NCBI GenBank assembly: GCA_026391215.1
Contig: JAPLDX010000023.1
Coordinates: 1 to 24,244, forward strand
Direction: 5' to 3'
Length of the DNA stretch: 24,244 nucleotides
DNA from: Bacteroidia bacterium
GTDB lineage: Bacteria; Bacteroidota; Bacteroidia; Bacteroidales; VadinHA17
The notes under the pieces are model-generated. The model made no database searches, had not been told where the DNA came from, and saw only the letters and a list, made by a program, of their open reading frames with translations. This document shows positions 18,601-24,244 of this stretch, piece after piece. The translations under genes and the position numbers were made by a program. How positions within the stretch are numbered: the stretch's first letter is position 1; every line of letters begins with the position of its first letter.

Positions 18601-18735
18601 TTTTACACTTTCCCTGGTCAGCTGCTTGGTAAGGAAATCAGACACATATTCACGCTCGTTCATGATCATGCCTCCGTCCTGTTTGACAATAAGCGCGAAT
18701 AATTCCATTAGTGCCTTCAGGATCTCCTCACTCAT
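15646..18735 (-). CDS. ABCG/White-type fused ABC transporter (NBD then ABC2 membrane domain) with N-terminal TerB-like domain
   Basis: Walker A GASGSGKTT, VPQDD, ISGGQRKRLNIALEL, FLDEPTSGL, IHQPS, CPSCGNVNP, about six TM helices and RWTYEAL. About 240-aa N-terminal extension whose first ~140 aa show a TerB-like helical pattern. Confidence 0.88.
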   Translation of the reverse strand: MSEEILKALMELFALIVKQDGGMIMNEREYVSDFLTKQLTRESVKEYLLLFDVHAGPVLEKSAAKEPVAPSVRDSVKILGICKKINHTLNQQQKVVVLVRLYELVNADRRFTPQRMNIINTVAEVFKISPDEFAATEQFVKNNEPENLSNPSIRILTPGKEECEICNRMITGYQDANIYFLRIASVDLYFLKYISEEQLYLNGLPIRAGQVYSFAKGGSLKSSQGRAIYYSDISSSFRSDLIIHKLSFTAENLSYVFKGGIPAVDNITFSVEEGKLIGILGASGSGKTTLLNLLSGIQPPTSGGVRINGLDVIKDKSALEGVMGYVPQDDLLIEDLTVFENLYFAACQCFKDRNKKEIGSMVDQTLMNLGMLEKRDLKVGSMLNNIISGGQRKRLNIALELIREPLIMFLDEPTSGLSSRDSENLMDLLRDLTLKGKLVITVIHQPSSEIFKMFDKVIILDQEGSLAYFGNPVDAVIYFKTHDAQINANQGECPSCGNVNPETIFNIIETQVVDEFGKYTEKRKVKPKEWAAFFAQKHQIVKVSDVKESPHKNLQRPGLFKQFIIYLSRDSRSKIANNQYVMLTLLEAPILGFILSFIIRYIPDPDSSTYLFSENENIPIYIFMSIIVALFLGLTISAEEIFRDRKILKRERFLNLSRSSYLFAKVSLMIIISALQAAMFLVIANPILGIKGMFLQYWLALFTTAYCANMIGLNISASFNSAITIYIVIPLLIIPMMVLSGAMFSFDKLNRTIGSVEKVPVIAELMPTRWTYEALMVSQFKDNRYSIQKYNKEGDTYYILQKKISMADFNKVHRIPELMRALETSVSKYRGASANSSGTQDQFSKLPLLRNELTRMQKIYNITGFKYIEHLTPSAFNLEIADSLNIYLKKLDEIFSIASNSASDKKDRFYNLNQASLTRLRNDYYNFKLEEIVTKYYERKKILIHNNTIVQNIDPIYLDPYKGGFLGFRTHFYAPAKYIFGIRTDTFTFNIILVLLSTVILYLALYYELLAKGVRFVEKINIRKRKKRD

Positions 18736-18783
18736 ATAATCTTGGTAATATCTACGGTTTTAGAAAAAACGAAGTTATGAAAA

Positions 18784-19869
18784 CTATTTCTTTTTTGATA
18801 ACGGACTTTTAAATTTTCTCTGTAGCCATCCTGGTATAATTGATGCTCCTATTATCAGGTATGGATAATAGCTGATTATCCTCCAGATAATAGCAATTGC
18901 AAGAGCTATACCTACAATATATGCAGGATCAGCCGGAATCGCATCTGAAATATACCTTCCAAGGATAACTTCAGCGAAGCCACTGCCTCCCGGTGTTGGG
19001 CTTACGATCATCATTATCCAGGTGACCAGCTGCCTCGCGAAAATGAGGAAATGGTCCTTAACGGCATAAAATGCCATGAGTATGGCATTTACCACCCAGT
19101 ACCTTGATGTCCATGAAAGGAAGGTTGCTATTATAGCTTTTACCCAGAACGAGAAAGGCTTCTTTTTCAATTCATGGGAACTCTCAACAATATCGTCGCC
19201 TGCTTTGACTGCTGACTCTTTCCATCTTCTGAGTATGGGAAGGCGGAAAACGTAAATTATTGACTTCCGTATCTTATCCGGATCAATGAACAGACCGTAG
19301 CCTACAAAGATCACCCAGGCAAGAATTATGGCATACCCGACTATGGTTACAATGAAAAGATTATTCAGTAATGCAGCCCCTGTTCCCTGCAGGGAGGTTG
19401 TAAACAGAATATCTCCTCCAACAAGAAGCAGGATGGCAGGAAGCATGATCACAAAATAAAGCTCATCAAGGAAAGAGGTTGCAAGAACTATTGAAGTGCT
19501 TCTTCCTACAGAGATCCCCTCCTTATGTACGAAAACAACTGCAACAGCTGTTCCCCCGACTGTTGAAGGTGTTATTGCCGAAGTGAATTCCCAGAGCATT
19601 ATCACCTTGAAAGCTTGTTTCCATGTCAGATCATTTTCCGACAAGATCCTGATCCTGATCATGTACCCCAGGTCTCTCCCAATCATACAGCACCATGCTA
19701 CAAAAAGCCAGAACACTGATTTCCAGGTGAAATGGAGCTTGCTTAGAATGTTAGTGTCTATTTCCCTGATAATGAACCATGCCACAACGGCAAGCCCGAT
19801 TATTACAGGCAAAATAATCCTGCCCGGCTTTAGCTGCTTAACCAGGTTATATTGGCTATCCTGGGTCAT
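18784..19869 (-). CDS. Lysylphosphatidylglycerol synthase TM-domain / UPF0104 (YbhN-like) flippase-like membrane protein
   Basis: AITPSTVGG, SPTPGGSGFAE and IWRIISYY motifs with many TM helices. The ATG at 19869 is preferred to the TTG at 19905. Confidence 0.85.
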   Translation of the reverse strand: MTQDSQYNLVKQLKPGRIILPVIIGLAVVAWFIIREIDTNILSKLHFTWKSVFWLFVAWCCMIGRDLGYMIRIRILSENDLTWKQAFKVIMLWEFTSAITPSTVGGTAVAVVFVHKEGISVGRSTSIVLATSFLDELYFVIMLPAILLLVGGDILFTTSLQGTGAALLNNLFIVTIVGYAIILAWVIFVGYGLFIDPDKIRKSIIYVFRLPILRRWKESAVKAGDDIVESSHELKKKPFSFWVKAIIATFLSWTSRYWVVNAILMAFYAVKDHFLIFARQLVTWIMMIVSPTPGGSGFAEVILGRYISDAIPADPAYIVGIALAIAIIWRIISYYPYLIIGASIIPGWLQRKFKSPLSKKK

Positions 19870-19908
19870 TTTATTATTAGTTAACCCTGCTGTTTTTTTT
19901 GGCAATCA

Positions 19909-20871
19909 TCAGACTGCCTCGATCGTTGAAGGCGGTTTTGTGGCGATGTTATAAGTTACACTGACTATTCCGGGAACTTCAGTGAGTATTCCGTCTGCCA
20001 GCTTTTCAAGAACTTCAAACGGCAGCCTGGTGGGCTTTGCAATACGGGCATCCTTGCTGTCCCAGCAGCGTATCTCGATCTGCTGTCCAAAATCCCTCTT
20101 GCCATCACGCATGCCTGTCACGCGATCCTCATGAAGTATCGCCATATACTGGAAGGCACTGGTATTTTTAAGGAGACGTTCTACAACGGCAGTCGCTTTA
20201 CGGACTGTGTCAATACGTTCAGGAGTTGCTTCGCCGATAACCCGTGCTGACAGGGCAGGACCCGGGAACGGTATCCTATCGAATTGCTCCGGTGGCAGAC
20301 CAACTGCCTTACCGACTTTTCGAACGCACTCTTTACGAAGCTGTATCAGCGGTTCAATTATTTTGTAACCAAAAGCTTTCTGAGGATCAATGCCGAGCTG
20401 CTCAAATACATTATGCTGACGCTTAATACCAGCGACTGTCTCGTCCACATCAGTGAGAATTGTTCCCTGGAGAAGATACTTTGCCCCGCTCTCCCTGACG
20501 ATCCTTCCGAATACATTCTTATAAAAGGTCTGAGTAATTGCTTCCCGCTTCTCTTCCGGATTGGTTATCCCTTTTAATGCAGTGAAAAATTCCTTCCTTG
20601 CATCAACAATTTCAACTTCAACTCCCAGTTTCTTGAAAAATCCGGCAACCTGTTCAGGCTCTCCCTCCCTCATCAGTCCGTTATCAATAAACACAGTTTT
20701 GAGATTCTTCCCCAAAGCCCGATGCCCCAGCATGGTAACAACCGAGGAATCAATACCTCCCGATAAAGCATTTATAGCTGTTCCTTTTCCTGCAATATTC
20801 TGTATTTCACTCACCTTCTCATTTATGAACTCAGAAGGATTTAATTCCTGTAAGGTAATTTCTTTAATCAT
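19909..20871 (-). CDS. GMP synthase ATP-pyrophosphatase subunit (subunit B-like; no glutamine amidotransferase domain)
   Basis: PP-loop ALSGGIDSSV, FIDNGLMRE, PEEKRE, LQGTI, PFPGPALSAR and KPPSTIE motifs; only 320 aa. Confidence 0.85.
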   Translation of the reverse strand: MIKEITLQELNPSEFINEKVSEIQNIAGKGTAINALSGGIDSSVVTMLGHRALGKNLKTVFIDNGLMREGEPEQVAGFFKKLGVEVEIVDARKEFFTALKGITNPEEKREAITQTFYKNVFGRIVRESGAKYLLQGTILTDVDETVAGIKRQHNVFEQLGIDPQKAFGYKIIEPLIQLRKECVRKVGKAVGLPPEQFDRIPFPGPALSARVIGEATPERIDTVRKATAVVERLLKNTSAFQYMAILHEDRVTGMRDGKRDFGQQIEIRCWDSKDARIAKPTRLPFEVLEKLADGILTEVPGIVSVTYNIATKPPSTIEAV

Positions 20872-21061
20872 TTGACAATTAGAGTTTTATGAATGCATTT
20901 TTATTTCTAAAATTAATAGGGCTCTAAAGATACGGTTTCAGATCCTATTCAGGTGGTTTACATAAGGAAAGATACAAATAATAACCAACTATAAACAGAA
21001 AAGGACCGAGTTTATCATAATTTTTTATAAATTGTAATGTTTCGCTGTATTGTTATCTGAA

Positions 21062-21571
21062 ATGGAAAAATTCAGAAACAAATATCGTATTCCATCGACC
21101 AGATTAAAGGGATTTGATTATTCCCAAAATGGTATATATTTCATTACGATCAATACAAATAACCATCAACCAATTTTTGGCGATATTATTAATGGATCCG
21201 TTGATAATATTTTTCCCCCAAAAATGATTTTATCCGATGCCGGTAAAATTGTATCGGATTGTTGGTATGATCTACCAAATCATTATCCTAACTTAATTCT
21301 GGATGAATTCATTATTATGCCAGATCATATTCATGGAATAATAACAATTGAAAATAATTCTGACATTAAAACAAAACATGGATTATCGGAATTTATCCGT
21401 GCATTTAAATCATTTTCATCACGTAGGATTAATGAATTACGTAAAACGAAAAAACCTGATATATGGCAACAACGTTTTTACGATCGGATTGTCAGGTCAA
21501 ACAGAGAATTGAACAACATACGATTATATATAAAAAACAATCCGGTTAAATACAATAAAAACGCAATATAA
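21062..21571 (+). mobile_element. rayT: REP-associated tyrosine transposase (RAYT, IS200/IS605 Y1 HUH family)
   Basis: STRLKGFDYSQNGIYFITINT, IMPDHIHGII (HUH), FIRAFKSFSS, IWQQRFYDRIVR and YIKNNP (catalytic Tyr). Visibly more AT-rich than its neighbours, with a GTAG palindrome downstream. Confidence 0.9.
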
Positions 21572-21624
21572 TATTGATGATTTTGGTGGTATTTGAGGTG
21601 TAAATGATCTGGTTGGTGAATAAC

Positions 21625-21657
21625 GTGTAGAGACAGGTCTCAGACCTGTCTCTACAC
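21625..21657. repeat. GTAG-type REP palindrome
   Basis: GTGTAGAGACAGGTCT-C-AGACCTGTCTCTACAC: perfect 16-bp inverted repeat with GTAG/CTAC near the ends, 53 nt after the RAYT stop. Confidence 0.9.
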
Positions 21658-21688
21658 CATGCCATTACAAAAATTTGTTTTAAACAAT

Positions 21689-21739
21689 TACGGTTAAACC
21701 ATACATTTTTACCATTCAGGTACCTGTTTTAACGGTTCT
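21689..21739 (+). promoter_or_regulatory. Three phased LytTR-type direct repeats
   Basis: TACGGTTAA (21689), TACCATTCA (21710) and AACGGTTCT (21731): 9-nt units with 12-nt spacers, upstream of an operon encoding a LytTR regulator. Confidence 0.65.
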
Positions 21740-21817
21740 GCATATTTTATTTTTCAACAGGTTATTTGTGGTTTTTCTTTGGTTCAAATTGTAATGTCAA
21801 ACAAAAAGATAAATAAA

Positions 21818-22672
21818 ATGAAAAACAACCTTATTAATTTATTTACAGGGGCCTTGATAATAACAGGCCTTTTTATCTCTCCGTTAAAAGTTTCGGCACA
21901 GAACCAGAAAGCCGTGGTAAACAAATACATGCAGAAATTACCGCATGGGAAGCCTGTAATTGATGCAATGCCTCAAAAGTACAGGATGACTGCCGTATAC
22001 ACAAACAGGGACCTGTATGGCAATTTCACTGGAAAGACAAAAGTATCCGGCGATTATACCTGTGGCCTGGAAAAAGGTGAGGCCTCCTGGAACAACGTAT
22101 TTATTTCAAACTCAGGCGATTTTTCAGGATCCTTTCCTGACGGGATCAGACAGGAATATATGGATAACTTCAAATATTTTCCTTCTTCAGAAATGCTTAA
22201 GGAAGAGGCGTTTAAAAACTTTCCTGCAAATCCGGAGAATGTTTTTGCGCGAAACCTTATATGGGACATGTCAACCATTGAAGGATTTGCATGGGAATAT
22301 TCCGACTCATTGCAGCTGAACAGGATTTATACAATCCCGGACATAAAAGGGGAGTTTGAAATGGCGGGCATTGGTACCTATAATCATGCAAAAATTCAGC
22401 TTTGCTGGACTGGCATATCATATATTAATAATGAAATGTGTGCTGTGATTGAATACAGGGCCATTGATAATAAGATTGAACTTGCAATGGATCAGATGAA
22501 TACCAGGGGGACGGAGCAGTACTGGGGTACAACCTGGATTTCGCTCAGGACAGGACAGATTGAATATGCTGAAATGTATGGTGGCACTATCCAGGAGATA
22601 GAAATCAAGAGTTTTAAAGACAAATTCCTTGTAAAAACCATAAGAGAGCTTTGGGTGGAAAGAATTCAATAA
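21818..22672 (+). CDS. Secreted hypothetical protein
   Basis: ATG at 21818 after aaataaa gives signal peptide MKNNLINLFTGALIITGLFISPLKVSA|Q; beta-rich C-terminal half. ATG 21794 is an alternative start. Confidence 0.75.
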   Translation: MKNNLINLFTGALIITGLFISPLKVSAQNQKAVVNKYMQKLPHGKPVIDAMPQKYRMTAVYTNRDLYGNFTGKTKVSGDYTCGLEKGEASWNNVFISNSGDFSGSFPDGIRQEYMDNFKYFPSSEMLKEEAFKNFPANPENVFARNLIWDMSTIEGFAWEYSDSLQLNRIYTIPDIKGEFEMAGIGTYNHAKIQLCWTGISYINNEMCAVIEYRAIDNKIELAMDQMNTRGTEQYWGTTWISLRTGQIEYAEMYGGTIQEIEIKSFKDKFLVKTIRELWVERIQ

Positions 22673-22692
22673 AGAACTGTAATTTTACATAA

Positions 22693-23739
22693 ATGAAAAA
22701 GGTGACCCTGGAAAGTGTTCTTGATCAGAGAAAGCTATCAACTCATGTTTACTTTCTTCTGTTTTCTCTCCTTGTTGTTGTAATAACAATAGTGCTTAAG
22801 GGAGATTATGATTCATGGAAAGTTTATATCACAGCTTTGATATTGGTCTTTCTGCAGATTGAGGTATTCATTTTTCTGGGGAAAAGAATTTTCAAAAATT
22901 TTAAAACAGCGTCTTCACCAAAGGATGTAACAAGAATTGTGATTTTACGGTTTATTCTTTTCTTTTTACTGTGCTTTATTGCCGCATTTATACTGATGAT
23001 CACAGTACTTTATATCGAAAACTGGATAAGATATAATGATACAACAAAGGTTATTTATAATTTCTTTCATTATGAATTCCGCGGATGGTTTAAAAGCACC
23101 TTTACCGGTCTGTCGGCAGGGGCCATATTATTTGTTTATTTTCTCTGGCAGGATTCTCTGAAAAGAGAGCAGAAACTCAGGGAGGAGAACCTGATCTTTC
23201 AGAATGAAACATTAAGGAACCAGGTTAATCCGCATTTCCTTTTCAATAGCCTGAATACTCTTTCTTCACTGATAAGCAGCCAGCCTGAAGTTGCTGACAG
23301 GTTTGTAAGCAAGCTGGCTTCTATCTACAGGTATATCCTTGAAAACAGCCGGAAAGACAATATCTTACTGGAATCAGAGTTGGAATTCATAAGGAATTAT
23401 TCGGATCTGCATAAAGTAAGGGACGAAGAAAAAATAGTCCTCACAATAAATGTCCCTGATCCGGCAGAGTATGAGATACTTCCTGTATCCCTTCAGATAA
23501 TCATAGAGAATGCAATAAAACATAACAAGGCGACAAGAGAAAGTCCATTGCATATTGATGTATTTATTGAAGACCGTTATGTTGTTGTGAGAAACAATCT
23601 CCAGAAAATGGCATTGCAGATGGAATCAACAGGTACCGGGCTCAGAAACCTTGCCGAGCGTGTAAGACTGATGACCGGTAAACCTCTAATTGTTGAAGAA
23701 ACGAATGATACTTTTATTGTACAAGTGCCCTTAATATGA
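22693..23739 (+). CDS. LytS/YehU-family sensor histidine kinase
   Basis: About four N-terminal TM helices, LRNQVNPHFLFNSLNTL H-box, QIIIENAIKHN and GTGLRNL. Confidence 0.93.
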   Translation: MKKVTLESVLDQRKLSTHVYFLLFSLLVVVITIVLKGDYDSWKVYITALILVFLQIEVFIFLGKRIFKNFKTASSPKDVTRIVILRFILFFLLCFIAAFILMITVLYIENWIRYNDTTKVIYNFFHYEFRGWFKSTFTGLSAGAILFVYFLWQDSLKREQKLREENLIFQNETLRNQVNPHFLFNSLNTLSSLISSQPEVADRFVSKLASIYRYILENSRKDNILLESELEFIRNYSDLHKVRDEEKIVLTINVPDPAEYEILPVSLQIIIENAIKHNKATRESPLHIDVFIEDRYVVVRNNLQKMALQMESTGTGLRNLAERVRLMTGKPLIVEETNDTFIVQVPLI

Positions 23740-24244
23740 ATATACTGATCGTTGAGAATGAGATACCGGCCGCTGAAAAGCTCATGAGCATTCTGGCAAA
23801 AATTGATAAATCAGTAACCGTTTTAGGCGTTACCGAAACCGTAGAAGAAACAATTAACAGGTTACAGGAACTTCCCAGGCCTGACCTTATCCTTATGGAT
23901 ATACAGCTTGATGACGGACTTTGTTTCGAGATATTCGAGACAATCAATGTTGACACACCTGTGATCTTTACCACCGCCTATGATGAGTATACACTTAAAG
24001 CTTTTAAAGTGAACAGCATTGATTACCTGCTCAAGCCGGTTGATGAAGAGTCGCTTAAAGCAGCTCTGAATAAATATAAAAAGCTATACGCTGATAATGA
24101 TCATTTTAAAAGAGATTTCAGGCAACTCCTTTATGAATTCAGGAATCAGTATAAATCAAGATTTCTTATTAAAACAGGAGAAAAATATAAATCTGTTCCG
24201 GTCTCTGAAATAAGCCATTTTCATATCCTGGAACGTAATGTCTT
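23736..24244 (+). CDS. LytTR-family response regulator (3' end outside window)
   Basis: Not in the ORF track. The ATG overlaps the kinase stop (ATGA) and translates MNILIVENEIPAAEKL...DLILMDIQLDDG...IFTTAYDEY...DYLLKP...YKSRFLIKTGEKYKSV, open to the window end. Confidence 0.93.
   Translation, partial: MNILIVENEIPAAEKLMSILAKIDKSVTVLGVTETVEETINRLQELPRPDLILMDIQLDDGLCFEIFETINVDTPVIFTTAYDEYTLKAFKVNSIDYLLKPVDEESLKAALNKYKKLYADNDHFKRDFRQLLYEFRNQYKSRFLIKTGEKYKSVPVSEISHFHILERNV

Noticed and set aside
20872-21049. Possible purine riboswitch upstream of the GMP-synthase-like gene
   Set aside because: I could not find the conserved purine-aptamer core or its three-stem junction; only promoter-like TATCTTT(A/C) motifs.
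182-23974. Many short antisense or alternate-frame ORFs in the track (e.g. 3472-3822, 4687-5088, 9397-9894, 11949-12608, 19496-19954, 23714-23974)
   Set aside because: They lie within or opposite well-supported genes and show no recognisable motifs; shadow ORFs.

Overview
Chromosomal window from a Bacteroidota (Bacteroidales-like) bacterium, judged from TAnnTTTG -7 promoter boxes, A-rich start regions without Shine-Dalgarno motifs and the gene content. It holds a penicillin acylase-family gene, the rplM-rpsI-rpsB-tsf-pyrH-frr translation cluster (minus strand), a guanine deaminase + 3-methyladenine glycosylase pair, a DUF2723/TMEM260-like membrane glycosyltransferase + CE4 deacetylase, purD and a membrane protein. 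A minus-strand run follows: stand-alone GMP synthase ATPPase subunit, UPF0104 flippase-like protein, 1029-aa TerB-like/ABCG-type transporter, helical lipoprotein and small secreted protein. The window ends with a REP-associated tyrosine transposase with a perfect GTAG palindrome, and a secreted protein-LytS kinase-LytTR regulator unit (truncated by the window edge). Main oddities: rpsB lacks about 34 normally conserved residues in frame; the uncharacterised ABCG/lipoprotein export module; several palindromic repeat families, including nested hairpin insertions; and three 21-bp-phased LytTR-type boxes. All family calls come from motif recognition only; no searches were run.
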